A stretch of 64,000 nucleotides of DNA, taken from contig DBYO01000036.1 in NCBI GenBank assembly GCA_002310235.1, forward strand, positions 54,226-118,225, in the 5' to 3' direction. Positions 47,801-57,200 of the stretch are shown piece after piece. Under the pieces are notes generated by a model. It was given only the letters and a program-made list of their open reading frames with translations. It ran no database searches and had not been told where the DNA came from. Numbering within the stretch: position 1 is the first letter of the stretch; every line of letters starts with the position of its first letter. Position numbers and translations under genes: made by a program. Source of the stretch: Bacteroidales bacterium UBA1184 (lineage in GTDB: Bacteria > Bacteroidota > Bacteroidia > Bacteroidales > ML635J-15).

Positions 47801-49718
47801 TAATATTAAATGATTGACCGTGTTCGATTAGGCGTGAAACGAGTTGGCCATTTTCACAAATCGACACTACTGCGCAATGAGTTTCGTCAAACTTTAGTAC
47901 AATTGTTCCTTTATATGAAATATATTGGTTCAATGAATCGATAAGTTCGTGGTTCCCGTTCCATATCCTGTTGCCGTCGGTGTAGAAAAGAATATTGCCC
48001 GATTCGTCGCATATTCCCGATTCTGATTCACGGGCATCCATTGCTGAAAACTCGCCAGGTTGCGCTATTCCGCTCCTGAAATCAAGAGTAACATAGCTGT
48101 CGAAATACCATTGTGCTTGCGTAGAGTCGATGCCGTTATTGCATTCGATAATCTCGTATTGCCTCGAAATTGAAGTACAGGCATCCACACCTGTAAACGC
48201 TGTAAAATCATAATTGCCAGCTGGCAAAGGCTGAGTTAAATGTACATGTTTTACATAATCGTCTCCCTCTTGTACAAAATCGGAACTATTAAAAGTTAAT
48301 GGTATGAAATCATCTCCTCTTGTTATCTCAAACCTTTGAAGAATACTAATATCTGATGCAGATATTTTTATGTCAAAATCACTATTGCCGCATATATAAT
48401 TTGACCCTGGGGAAACTATTCTTATGTCTAATAAATCGGAAAGAACGGCTACAGAAGCAACCGAATCGCTATAATTAGAGAAAATTTCATCAATATTCTC
48501 CCTCATAAAAGTGGCCTGATCTTTTGTGAATCTGTATCTGCATCCGTCGGGGCTATAACTCATGATATTATCATACGCTATACTATCGAGAGCGGAATAG
48601 TCGCAACCGTAAAACTGTCCAGGATAGTCGGGAGTGTCTTCAATTCCATCATGTATGCCAACTGTATCAAGTTCTACATGTCCATTTATTATTGTAGGAG
48701 CTATTGCGTACTCTATAAATGCATGCAGAAGTCCGAAGTAATGTCCCATTTCGTGAGCGACAGTATATCCCAGCTGGCGGGTAGCCAGATTTGCATTTTC
48801 TCCTATTACGTCTTTTATTATTCCAATTATGGGCAATGACCTTATATTCAGGCACGGGCTTGATGTGATTCCATATACTTTTTCATCAAGGGCACCATAT
48901 ATAATGTCGTCAAATATCCAGACATTTATGTATTTATCGTAAGGGAAATCTGTATAGTAGTCGGTTATAGGTTGATAAGGATCTGTTGCTGGATAATAAA
49001 CGTTGCCAGGATGTCTAACGTTGCTATCGAGGTTAATATTTTCACCATTAAATACATTATATGTAATGCCATAATAATCCTGTTCGCAATAATTTATCGG
49101 ATCGGTCAATGCGGGACGGAATCTTATTTTTGTATCATAAGCAAGTTCTCCTGTTCGTCCTGCAAAAACATCGTTTAAAATACGCATACTTTGATTTATT
49201 TTGGCAGGAGAGATATAATCTGTGGGATCTCCATCAAACCAAGTAGGGACAACAACATGATAAACAATGGGGATGTTAATAATGGGAGCTGAATTTATAT
49301 CAAAATTAGGAATCTCTCTTGGACTACGGGGCAACTGCCCTGCCTTTATCATATCGTGAATCATGTGGTCGGTACCACTGTCTGTAACAAGCATTACATG
49401 TTTGCTTTCTTCGGAAACATGCCACTCTTCATTCTTGTAGTACCGCATTGTAACGTCATATGTTTCAAATACGAGTAGCTGTCCTTCGTATTCCGAAATC
49501 GAGACATACGGAGTCGTAGTCTGGATGGTATCAACTGTTTCATATAAAGTAAATACGAACTCGTACATCTCCGCGCCTTCAATAGAATTGAATCGAATTG
49601 GCTCACCAAACTTGATGTGAATACTTGATTCTGGCAGTGAATCAAAACCTCTTTGTCCGTACGCTAAATGTTGTCCGCACAAAATAACGATAATAAGCAG
49701 TAAGAAAAATTTCCTCAT
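41844..49718 (-). CDS. ~2,620-aa T9SS-secreted M43 (pappalysin/ulilysin-like) zinc metalloprotease with propeller, repeat and beta-helix-like domains
   Basis: IPIVYHVV, YINVWI, HEMGHYFGLLH (48723-48755), DTP, Met-turn NIMSYS.D.C..RFT; CTD YPNPTSD...YPSGTYLVEI...KIVKL. TATCTTTG at 49744-49751 favours the ATG at 49718. Confidence 0.87.
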   Translation of the reverse strand: MRKFFLLLIIVILCGQHLAYGQRGFDSLPESSIHIKFGEPIRFNSIEGAEMYEFVFTLYETVDTIQTTTPYVSISEYEGQLLVFETYDVTMRYYKNEEWHVSEESKHVMLVTDSGTDHMIHDMIKAGQLPRSPREIPNFDINSAPIINIPIVYHVVVPTWFDGDPTDYISPAKINQSMRILNDVFAGRTGELAYDTKIRFRPALTDPINYCEQDYYGITYNVFNGENINLDSNVRHPGNVYYPATDPYQPITDYYTDFPYDKYINVWIFDDIIYGALDEKVYGITSSPCLNIRSLPIIGIIKDVIGENANLATRQLGYTVAHEMGHYFGLLHAFIEYAIAPTIINGHVELDTVGIHDGIEDTPDYPGQFYGCDYSALDSIAYDNIMSYSPDGCRYRFTKDQATFMRENIDEIFSNYSDSVASVAVLSDLLDIRIVSPGSNYICGNSDFDIKISASDISILQRFEITRGDDFIPLTFNSSDFVQEGDDYVKHVHLTQPLPAGNYDFTAFTGVDACTSISRQYEIIECNNGIDSTQAQWYFDSYVTLDFRSGIAQPGEFSAMDARESESGICDESGNILFYTDGNRIWNGNHELIDSLNQYISYKGTIVLKFDETHCAVVSICENGQLVSRLIEHGQSFNISTYIYEGPYLLNGLTAVPCPTGGYWLISTIGSNSNIVSIKLRYNGTSLVYETGSELNLSVQIYATHPLITLKASPNGKYIAYASDNCLRLAYFNATHGTFSLIDCEINFASKVSMPAFSPNGRFLYLSYLDHRTGKLKITQYDLNNDYSCNCQEIRGNDVFTADNRGEYFKTGLYLQEGPDGRIYISRVGDFFGSSRRIGVIMEPDNLASTFNGYEDCHVVEDLIDYEPGSILRNWMNLPNLVDAKDIDTCAASFTICSSDCNLESLTLHNFSLSPTLTWSFYDLSGNLIATNTDTVPDLSSITQLHNRNAFIIKQSTACEDHYMIDTVSFDAQMQIVGPDSICIDGSSPIYSISLEPRNQINSTTWDLSNNFNGEFYHNLDNRYSDLMIRPNAYDCEFSISCSIMDKFGCLDTAELSIKAKADCSFVANTIQECNKGTVTLKNNACDVDMSNYTANIIIDGESRPMENTSNEFIYSYINLYGHEPGVDTLPQIHLNDINTTIIVTDSTDNIVAETDVVIPRTYTNINVDGVVIPALCEHDLCYVSVTVSGGELSHIRYNNNYYYVISNDNICDDNNMCIYYMTNTLPYGDRVYYIAIRDSVRDCSVFINNNGVLCEKVPIKLPYQRIKPTFHISHSDICHEGGSGTIAVEMDLPRIEYGSNMLAEWQGAWEGQTYFELTDVSTYTTVLNNNSAHVNIGSGTYIPIVNYSTNCRDTLDPITITVMSPEVQEPEIEVLTTYACSDRNNGTITIEILSGVEEGFEPYVIWNGGTYTSEFELSPDSTRYTTTLDAGAPGNYSATVFYTSSCAETLYSSIQSLNHPHFNISHTDICNVHDSASITVEMELAYTDDGFTPYAYWNNGEQTYFVLQEGSNSIYTTTLNNVGRGSYSADVYYSSYCSTQLTSISIDVSNINISYDYVSENSVAIHLNFTPPANNYIVSVAGHVEDTINGYTYNFVANPRDSIMIITPCDTIPLDFRILDVSPIEMESETCIKSESHISFTISGGLAPYVATFTSGDFTTTQTYINSGQTDMYVEITQGVANRLNIVSADGQTYNINLGTIDLIPNYAVLETSSLGTTYNGGTYIVPSGLTFNHDVTFTDCTIYCAYTDYDDIASTQWTVNGGKTVTFNHCTIMAGCPDKMWQGIKVISAPLSLNAFEEDRTKSGIINITNPNIAIIEARNYGKVICQDGTTIEDAIKAVESKDGGKIIASGSHFNNNQYDLYYNEHSRAQGNANSPTITDCTFSTTRQLNNSRIYPKAHILMEKVSGIYIRGCTFENTLPFPSTINGATNTGYNRGSGIQANSGHFDVSASCSFKKLFHGIHASGFRSNAVVVENSSFTGNHRAIYINANDGCKVLNNNIVSRGEPGEQYEIMSTAREDREVDYSVYIGTCHTFTFEQNTISNATTGLYVYNSGNLGNRVRYNTFEGRPAERTLQLGLPLATKPQYNAIVVVGKNSNYVSGNNNTGRVGLEVLCNNFRRNTRDIFVKDGYMRREQGSNTAPTGNSFYYDNPNTFNRSHYQFQTQFDLATNNSYNVYGYEYYQHNAQNDTYEVTHQLKRNHHSTRVSPDNNSDLPYDESYCQCNDGNGPVVNPNPFNPIPFPGVDRTKSHIQQLGITLDSAINKYETKLDGGNTANALMKVSAISQGTAPSIEDLPQDGYLSDTVCNALVAKVEENPVYVTSVFVENSPLPAATYEDVQDAEISNILKTVLSYYQTGENKRVADEKAIGDIKQEISLNENLLYDKALNDSLSDTDYAIILDYFSTKTDVDSKAMACNILVSADNYDDARQQISAIRSLGTLEAANCADVYEMYVNSMDTTMSKEMLMEHSAQLENYIADNNYLYSGIATALYEYAFDTLIPEYTPIYEEEFTTKSTKTETAAEIYPYAIYPNPTSDFINIELASNVLDDDIIEFLKHYGINNIEDCETIQINIFDVNSRLVSTDKYNYDTLISIDVSEYPSGTYLVEIKSCYDNVMQTKIVKL

Positions 49719-49784
49719 AACATTGAACTTTAAATAAACATCCCAAAGATAAAACAAATTCGTTTTAAACTGCAAATGATTTAT

Positions 49785-49878
49785 TAAATTTTTGAATTTT
49801 TAAATCAGCGAAGCTAACCTTTAGCTCGGCGTAAGCAATTCTTGAACCCTTGAACCTTTAAACTTTTTAACTATAAAC
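49785..49878. repeat. Octamer-array/mini-hairpin repeat at the island boundary
   Basis: agcgaagct, ctttagctcggcgtaagca (49819-49837), ttgaaccc-ttgaacct-ttaaactt-tttaact. Confidence 0.7.
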
Positions 49879-50001
49879 AAAAAATCCCCCGCATCTTACG
49901 ATACGAGGGATTCGGTAGATTAGTTTTATGAGATTATTTTCTGATGTCTAATTCGTTGATGAGGTTCTTAGCTCCGTAGAGTTCATCGATTACCCAAAGT
50001 A
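49871..50001. repeat. Direct repeat copy 2 (functional dpp7 3' end plus terminator)
   Basis: See copy 1; minus-strand hairpin aatccctcgtatc-GTAA-gatgcgggggatt followed by a T-run. Confidence 0.95.
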
Positions 50002-52135
50002 CATAGCGAGCATCAACATTGATCGTCCTCTGCATTTCGGGGCTGAAGATGAGGTTCGAGCAGAGCCATTCCCAGTTGCCGTCGAAAGCAAGACCAATGA
50101 GTTCGCCGTTGCCGTTGATGATTGGTGAACCTGAGTTACCACCAGTAATGTCGTTGTCGCTGAGGAAGCAAACTGGAAGATTACCTGTTTCGTCGGCATA
50201 GCGGCCATACTGCTTCTTGTTGTAGAGTTCCTTCAGTTCCTTCGGAACAACAAATTCTGGATCGTTCGGATTTTCCTTTTCGATGATACCGTCGATGTAA
50301 GTCAAATATTTGTACTTAACACCATCACGTGGCAAGTAGCTCTGTACTGTTCCGTAAGTGAGACGGAGTGTCGAGTTTGCATCCGGATAGAAAACTCTGT
50401 CCTTTTCAAATTCGCGAAGTCCCTGAGTGTAAACTCTTTCGAGAGTTTCAATCTTATTCATTGGGCCTACAAATGCTCCTTGCAACGGCATGATTCCGCT
50501 GTAAACGCTCTTTGCAAAACCGAACATCGGGTCGGCATCGAGAGCCTTCTTGCTTGGCTTGTCGAGGAATGCGTTGAGACGGTCCTTGTCGGTGAAGATA
50601 GACTTTGAGTAAACAGCATTTATGAATTTAGAAATCGATTCAGCTTCGGTTTTGCCCTTGTAGTTCTTGAACAGATAATCGCTGAATGCAGCTACTCTTC
50701 TTTCTGCAGGGATGGTGTTTACATAGTGGTTGAGCATTCTTTCGAACGACTTTTTGTCGGTGTTTACAAAGTAGTTCTTGAACATGTCGTCAACGCCACC
50801 CTTGAAATCGGTGCAGAAATCCTTAATCTGCTCTGCGTTACCCTTTTCGTCTTCGAGAAGTCTCGACAGCATGAACATCTGCAATGAGTTCATTGTCATA
50901 TCGCTACCCTGGCTGAGAAGCAATGAGATAAGAAGCATGTCCTGAGTTGCCTGTCCGTACGATTCGTAAGTGCTCTTAAGTTCGTCGAGTACGTTTCCGT
51001 AGAGTTTCTTACGGCTGTCGTTTTCGTTAGCCCATTTCTGGAATGCAGCTTCTTCCTCTTCTTTGAGCTGTATTGCGTTGGTGGTCTTCAAGGTTTCTAT
51101 TTCACCGCCCCAGAGTTTGTATCCGTTTGCGAGCGATGCGTAAGTGTCAGCCATAGCAAGACGTATATTGTCGTCAACATCCATGTCTTCCTTCATTGCA
51201 CCAAGCTTAACACCGAGAGCGTCAACAGCACTTGGATTGTACCAGTCGCGTTTGTATTTCATACCGTATGAGCAGAGGAAACGTTCGGTGCTTCCAGGAT
51301 AACCCATAATCATTGTGAAGTCGCCTTCCTTTACACCCTTTATTGAAACAGGGAGGTAGTGGAGAGGTTTGTAAGGAACATTGTTCTTGTCGTATTCTTT
51401 GGTTGGCTTACCGTCTGCCGACATATATACGCGGAATACCGAGAAGTCGCCAGTGTGACGAGGCCACATCCAGTTGTCGGTATCGCCGCCGAACTTACCT
51501 ATCGATGAAGGAGGTGCACCTACAAAACGAACATCGCCGAAAATTTCATATACGAAAAGGTAGTATTCGCCACCCTTGTACATTTCTTCAACCGATGCTT
51601 CGTATTCGTTGTCCTTTGTTGCTTCAGCAACGATTTCCTTCATAGCTTCGCCGACTTTCTTCGAACGTTCTGCTTCTGGAGTCTCGTTGGTTACGCCTTT
51701 CAGTACGCGTTCGGTAACATCTTCGATGCGAACAACGCGGCTTACTCTAAGCCATGGGCATGAAAGTTCTTCTTCCTTGCTCTTTGCCCAGTAACCGTTG
51801 TCGAGGTAGTTGTGCTCGGTGGTGCTGAGCTTTGTTATCGATTCGTATCCGCAGTGGTGGTTGGTGAAAAGCAAACCTTCCTTGCTTACTATTTCGCCGG
51901 TGCAGAAACCACCGCCATCTGCCGATTGTAATTGGAATATAGCGTCCTTGAGGCTCGAATGGTTGATGCTGTAGATTTCTTCTGCGGTAAGTTTGCAGCC
52001 GAGTTTCTGCATCTGTCCATAGTTCAACTGTGCAATCTTGTTAGGCAACCACATGCCCTCGTCGGGTTCTGGTGTTGCGTTCAGCCATATTGCGCCTGCA
52101 AATAGGGCTACTAATAATGTACTGATTCTCTTCAT
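49934..52135 (-). CDS. dpp7: S46 family dipeptidyl peptidase, DPP7-type
   Basis: DEGMWLP, TNHHCG, GGDTDNWMWPRHTGDF, DITGGNSGSP; FDGNWE (Gly, not the Arg of DPP11); -7 element TATCTTTG at 52170-52177 (minus). Confidence 0.92.
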   Translation of the reverse strand: MKRISTLLVALFAGAIWLNATPEPDEGMWLPNKIAQLNYGQMQKLGCKLTAEEIYSINHSSLKDAIFQLQSADGGGFCTGEIVSKEGLLFTNHHCGYESITKLSTTEHNYLDNGYWAKSKEEELSCPWLRVSRVVRIEDVTERVLKGVTNETPEAERSKKVGEAMKEIVAEATKDNEYEASVEEMYKGGEYYLFVYEIFGDVRFVGAPPSSIGKFGGDTDNWMWPRHTGDFSVFRVYMSADGKPTKEYDKNNVPYKPLHYLPVSIKGVKEGDFTMIMGYPGSTERFLCSYGMKYKRDWYNPSAVDALGVKLGAMKEDMDVDDNIRLAMADTYASLANGYKLWGGEIETLKTTNAIQLKEEEEAAFQKWANENDSRKKLYGNVLDELKSTYESYGQATQDMLLISLLLSQGSDMTMNSLQMFMLSRLLEDEKGNAEQIKDFCTDFKGGVDDMFKNYFVNTDKKSFERMLNHYVNTIPAERRVAAFSDYLFKNYKGKTEAESISKFINAVYSKSIFTDKDRLNAFLDKPSKKALDADPMFGFAKSVYSGIMPLQGAFVGPMNKIETLERVYTQGLREFEKDRVFYPDANSTLRLTYGTVQSYLPRDGVKYKYLTYIDGIIEKENPNDPEFVVPKELKELYNKKQYGRYADETGNLPVCFLSDNDITGGNSGSPIINGNGELIGLAFDGNWEWLCSNLIFSPEMQRTINVDARYVLWVIDELYGAKNLINELDIRK

Positions 52136-52211
52136 AGTTTATGCTTTTATTTATTTGTTATTTTTTTTGCAAAGATATTTCCTGAAGTCAGAATGTTGAA
52201 TTAATAAAAAA

Positions 52212-54200
52212 TTAAAGTTTTATAAAATTAGTTTTAAAGGTTGATTCCTCCGATGTTATAGTTATTGTATAATGTCCAGGAGCAAGCGACGATACATCAA
52301 TGCTCGAAACTTCTCTTACAGAACGACTTACAAACATTACTTTGCCGTTTTCGCTTATGATTTCAATGTCGTAGGTGCCATTCTCGGGAAGGTTGATGTT
52401 AAGCATGCTGGAAGTAGGATTCGGGTATATGCTTATGAAATCGTTATCGAATTCGTTGACTCCTTGGTCTGTTGTTATTGTCATGTAGTTGTTTACTCGC
52501 TTGAAGTCGCTACAGATAGAATCTTCCGAATATGCAGTAAGTTTTACTGGGAAGGTACCTGCATTGTAGTATGTTACCTGCGGATTCTGTTCGCTTGATG
52601 TTGCTGGTATTGCACCTTCGAATTCCCAGCTCCAGTAGAACGAATTTTCGCTAAGGTCGTTGAACTGAACTATCTGGCCTCTGGCTGCTGTGGTATTTGC
52701 AGCTTCGAAATTTGCAATTACAAGACCTACCACCTTTATATATTCGTCCTTTGTGATTCTGTCGCTATCGACTTCATTGTATGCAGTGAGTTTTACCGAG
52801 TACATGCCTTCGGTGTTGTATGTAACCACTGGGTTTGGATCGGTCGAAAACTCAGGAGTTCCACCGAAGAACTGCCACTGGATGCTTGTTGTGTTTGTAG
52901 CTGCGGAGTGGAAAGTTACGGTTTGACCTTCGCATATTGCGGTAATGTCGGCGGTGAAGTCAGCGGTAACTGTTCCGTGAACAATAATCATTTCGTTTAT
53001 TGTTTTGGTAATTTCGCAGTTGTCGTTCGATACGGTGAGGGTTACGCTATATGTTCCTGGCGTGTTGTACCTTATCGTCGGATTCTGCTCGTTCGATGTC
53101 GATGGCGTTCCGCCCGGGAACGACCACGACCATGTTGTCGGATCTTGTGTCGAGAGGTCGGTGAAGTGTACCTGTTCTCCTTCGATGATTTCTGTAGCGT
53201 CGGCTGTGAAGTCGGGGACAATCGGTGCCGGCTCTTCGGGAAAGGAGGGCATTTCGTCGTCGTTTACAGTAATTGGATTATCAATTGTGAGCTGACGTAG
53301 TTTTGCTTTCAGCGTTATTCCGCTTCTAGTGTATTTTTCGTTTGTGATCCAGAGTCTGCTGCTGTCGCGGAATGCGATTCCTTCGGTTTGATTATATCTG
53401 ATGATGTCGGTCAGACCTACCGACGACAATTCGGTAGTCTCTACTGTTCCCGAGAAGAATTTGTTGCCTTCGAAGTTACGCAGTAGGGTGAGGTATGGCC
53501 TCGATTCGGGGATTAATCCCGACACATCGTAGGTATAACCGAGGAGTGACACTGTGTTTGTGCGGTAGTCGTAGTCGGCAGCGCATACAAGATAGTCGAG
53601 ATGTAATGTGTCGATAGGCGTAATTGTGTGGAAATAATTCGCCTTGTTTGGTATAGCGTACAGATACACATCGTGGTCAACCCAGTTCTTAGAGAAGAGG
53701 AACAAGGTGTCGTCCTTGGCAATGAAGGCTTCGCAGTCGAAGCGAGTGTTTGTCACCGAGTAATCGGGTTCCGGATAGTCGGGGTTGCCATAGGTGAAAT
53801 TAATAATACGCGGTTCGATAGTGCTGAGTTCCGAATTTTCAAGATCTTCGATCTTTATTCGGATGATACGCGGATTAGTATTCATTGCACCAAAGTCGCC
53901 TATGTAAATGTTGGTTGCATCCTTGGCAAGGTCTTCCCAGTCGATGTTTGTTACGCCCGAGATAGTCTTGCGTTCCAATATTTCACCTGTAGCGGTATCG
54001 ATGCTGTAGAGGACAGGTTCGCCTTCCGAGTCGTTGTGCGTCCATAGCTTTCCATTGTGGAAGATAAGACCTGATGTTTCTTCTATTTCGTTGGGCAGTT
54101 CGCCTACCAGTATTGTTGCTGAACTTACCTGTGCAAACGATGCGCCTATGCTTACCAATAGAATTGCTGCTGCTGCGATCAGTTTCTTTATTGCTGTCAT
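52212..54200 (-). CDS. T9SS cargo: N-terminal beta-propeller-like domain, 3 PKD domains, type A CTD
   Basis: ETSG..HNGKLWTHNDS, DWED, YIGDFG; PKD 'WSWSFPGGTP..NP...YNTPGTYSVTL'; CTD IYPNPTS...FIKL. Confidence 0.85.
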   Translation of the reverse strand: MTAIKKLIAAAAILLVSIGASFAQVSSATILVGELPNEIEETSGLIFHNGKLWTHNDSEGEPVLYSIDTATGEILERKTISGVTNIDWEDLAKDATNIYIGDFGAMNTNPRIIRIKIEDLENSELSTIEPRIINFTYGNPDYPEPDYSVTNTRFDCEAFIAKDDTLFLFSKNWVDHDVYLYAIPNKANYFHTITPIDTLHLDYLVCAADYDYRTNTVSLLGYTYDVSGLIPESRPYLTLLRNFEGNKFFSGTVETTELSSVGLTDIIRYNQTEGIAFRDSSRLWITNEKYTRSGITLKAKLRQLTIDNPITVNDDEMPSFPEEPAPIVPDFTADATEIIEGEQVHFTDLSTQDPTTWSWSFPGGTPSTSNEQNPTIRYNTPGTYSVTLTVSNDNCEITKTINEMIIVHGTVTADFTADITAICEGQTVTFHSAATNTTSIQWQFFGGTPEFSTDPNPVVTYNTEGMYSVKLTAYNEVDSDRITKDEYIKVVGLVIANFEAANTTAARGQIVQFNDLSENSFYWSWEFEGAIPATSSEQNPQVTYYNAGTFPVKLTAYSEDSICSDFKRVNNYMTITTDQGVNEFDNDFISIYPNPTSSMLNINLPENGTYDIEIISENGKVMFVSRSVREVSSIDVSSLAPGHYTITITSEESTFKTNFIKL

Positions 54201-54211
54201 ATTGTTGTGGT

Positions 54212-57200
54212 TTATAATTTTATGAATTTAAATGTTTTCGTTCCGTTTTCGGTGTTAATGATGAGATTGTAGTTGCCGGCAGGCAAAGCCGATACGTCGA
54301 TAGTTGAAATATTTTCAATATGTTCGTCCGACTCTAGCAACAATGCTCCTGTCTGTGCGCATATTGTATATGAATACGGTATTCCGCTGTTGTCGATATT
54401 CAAAGTTCCTGATGTTGGGTTGGGGAATACCGAGAAGTGGCTTGATATTTCGTCAATGCCTTGGCTGGCGCTGTCGGTTACCTCGATGAGGTTTTCAACG
54501 ATTATCCTGTCGCTGCAGTGTTCATTCCATGCTTCGAGCGATACCCAGAATGTGCCGATGGTATTGTATTGGATTGTTGGGTTAAGTTCGGTTGATACGC
54601 TTGGGTTTCCGCCTGCAAATACCCATTCAATTCTGTCGGCATTGGAGCACTGGCTTGTGAATGTCACTTGTCCGCCTACTGCGATTGTGGAGTCGGAGAT
54701 TGCAAAGTCGGCAATAGCTGCAGGATAAACTGTTATCATGCTGTCTATTGCCATGTACTTGCTGGTTGCAGGATTCATAACTTGGAGGCTTACTCTATAT
54801 GTTCCCGGTTCGTTGTATGTAATAGTTGGGTTTTGCTCGTCTGATATTTCGGGTGTTCCCCCTTCGAATTCCCAGTGACGATAAGTTACAGCTCCCAGAT
54901 TGTTGGTGCTTCTGAATCTAATCTCTCCGCCTGCGCATGCTTTTGTGGTGTCGGCAGTGAAGCTGAATTCTATCTGTGGATAAACGGTTATGCTGTATTC
55001 AACTTGTTCGCCAACACAGAATTCATTGCTAGCAACAAGAGTTAAGCCGTATTCGCCTGGACGGTTGTATGTTATGCTTGGGTTCTCCTCGATTGAAGTG
55101 CTAGGATTTCCTCCTTCGAATGTCCACATCCATGAAGTTGCGTTTACGCTTGCGTTATTGAAAGTTACGGTATCGCCAACTGTTGCAAATTCATCTTCGG
55201 GAAGCATTATTAATTCAGTACGAACTCGTGGTACAACTTCGATATAGTTCTCCATTACGACAATTGTGGTATCGACTGGATTAGTTGCAATTAGCACTAC
55301 ATTGTAAGTTCCTGGAGTGTTGTAGGTTACTGTTGGGTTTTGTTCGGTTGATGATTCGGGTGTGCCGCCTACAAACATCCAGTTGTATGCAGTTACGCCT
55401 TCGCCTGTGCCTTCGAAATGTACTTCATAGCCTGCGCATAGTGTGTCGATGTCGGCAGTAAAGCTTGCGCTAATTGGCGGATAAACAGTTACAGCCTGTT
55501 CGAGCAGAGTGGTTTGTTCGCAGGTTCCGTTGTCGGTTGTGAGCGATATGGAGTATGTTCCTGGTTCTTCGTAAGTTACCATAGGGAATTGCTCTTCAGA
55601 AGTTGCAGGTGTGCCGCCTTCGAATTCCCAGTGCCACCATACTTCGTTGCCTTCGCCAGGTTCTGTTGCAAACATAAGAGATTCTCCTTGAGCTACGTCC
55701 ATTCCTTGTAGGGCTATAATGTTTGCTTCTGAGTGGGGCACTACCTGTATGTAGTTTTCGATTGTGATTGTGTCGGTGCTAAGCGGATTATTTACGACCA
55801 TCGTAACTCCGTACAGACCAGGGTTTTCATACATTACTATTGGGTTGGCTTCTGTTGATGTTTCGGGATTTCCTCCTTCGAAGTACCATTCTATTTCGTA
55901 TGCGCCCAAGCTATTGTCGTAATATTCAACAGGTTCGTTTACACATGCTGCCATGACGTTGGATGTGAAAGCTGCAGTGGCGGTATCAAGTACGTGTATG
56001 TATTTCGATTTTGTCTTTGTGAGCTGGCAGTTGTCGTTGGTTGCCCTTAACGAAACATTAAACTGTCCAGCAGTGTTGTATCTTATGGCAGGTGGTGTCT
56101 GCACGGTCGACGACGATGGTGTTCCACTCGTGAATGTCCATCGGTAGGCTGTTGGGTTTTGTGTGCAACTTTCGGTGAAATTCACACTTTGTCCTCTGAG
56201 AATCAAGGTGTCGCTGGCTTCGAAGTTGATTACGATGGCTGGCGGTTCTTCGGGGTACGACGGCTCTTCGTCGGTATTCACTATTGGAAGTCCGCTAAGT
56301 GGAATTTCCCTGAGATGTGCCGGAATTGTTAGCGCTTGTATCCCCTGTATGCTTCTTGTATATCGTTCGTTTGTAATCCATAGGCGACCGCTGTCGCGGA
56401 ATGTAACGCCTTCAATCTGGTTGTAGGTGATTCCTGTCGATTGGAATATTATCGATGTGGGGCTTGTGTATTCTTTTGTTTCAACCTGTCCCGACTGGAA
56501 ATCATGTCCTGTGAATCCGTAGAATATTGTTATATACGGATTTGAAGTTGGGATTGTGCCGTCGTCGTAGGTGTATCCGCAGAGGGCAACCGAGTTGGTC
56601 GCATAGTCGTAGTCGGCACCGGTGACCATGTATTCGAGCTGTATGGTATCGATAGGATACAGCGTAGTATATGTGTAGTTAGCCTTGTTGGGAATTGCGT
56701 AAACGTAGCAATCCTGGTCTCTCCAGTTTTTGGTGAAGATGTATATTGTGTCGTTCATTACCATCATGGCTTCGCAGTCGAATTTGGTGTCGTTCTTGGC
56801 TGCGTCCGATTCGGGATAGTATGCCGAATTGAACCTGAACGATATGCTTCTTGCGTCAATAGTATCAAGGTCGGGGTTTTCAATGTCTTCCCATTTTACC
56901 CTGTGTATCTTCATGTTAGTCCTTTTTCCGCTGATATTGTTTCCAAAATCGCCTATGAAAAGGTGTGTCGGGCTTTTGGCTACGTCTTCCCAGTCGGAGT
57001 AGCTAACTCCTCTTATCACTTTACTTTCGAGTATTTCTCCTGTTGCTGTGTCGACAGAGTAGATTTTGGCTTCGGTTCCCGAGTCGTTGTGAGTCCACAA
57101 TTTTCCGTTGTGGTAAATAATTCCTGATGTTTCCCAAATGCTTTCATCAAGATCCTGCACAAGCATTTGCGGAGTGCCAATTACTTGTGCCTTAAGGCTT

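Larger units (their letters stand above)
39900..49870. mobile_element. Putative integrase-less genomic island with two T9SS cargo genes, bounded by the dpp7 3'-end duplication
   Basis: Direct repeats 10,102 bp apart; only two ORFs inside; partly AT-rich. Confidence 0.7.

Noticed and set aside
39900-49870. Prophage or ICE
   Set aside because: No phage, conjugation, replication or integrase genes between the repeats
49934-52135. DPP11 assignment
   Set aside because: The S1 position reads FDGNWE (Gly) as in DPP7, not FDRNWE
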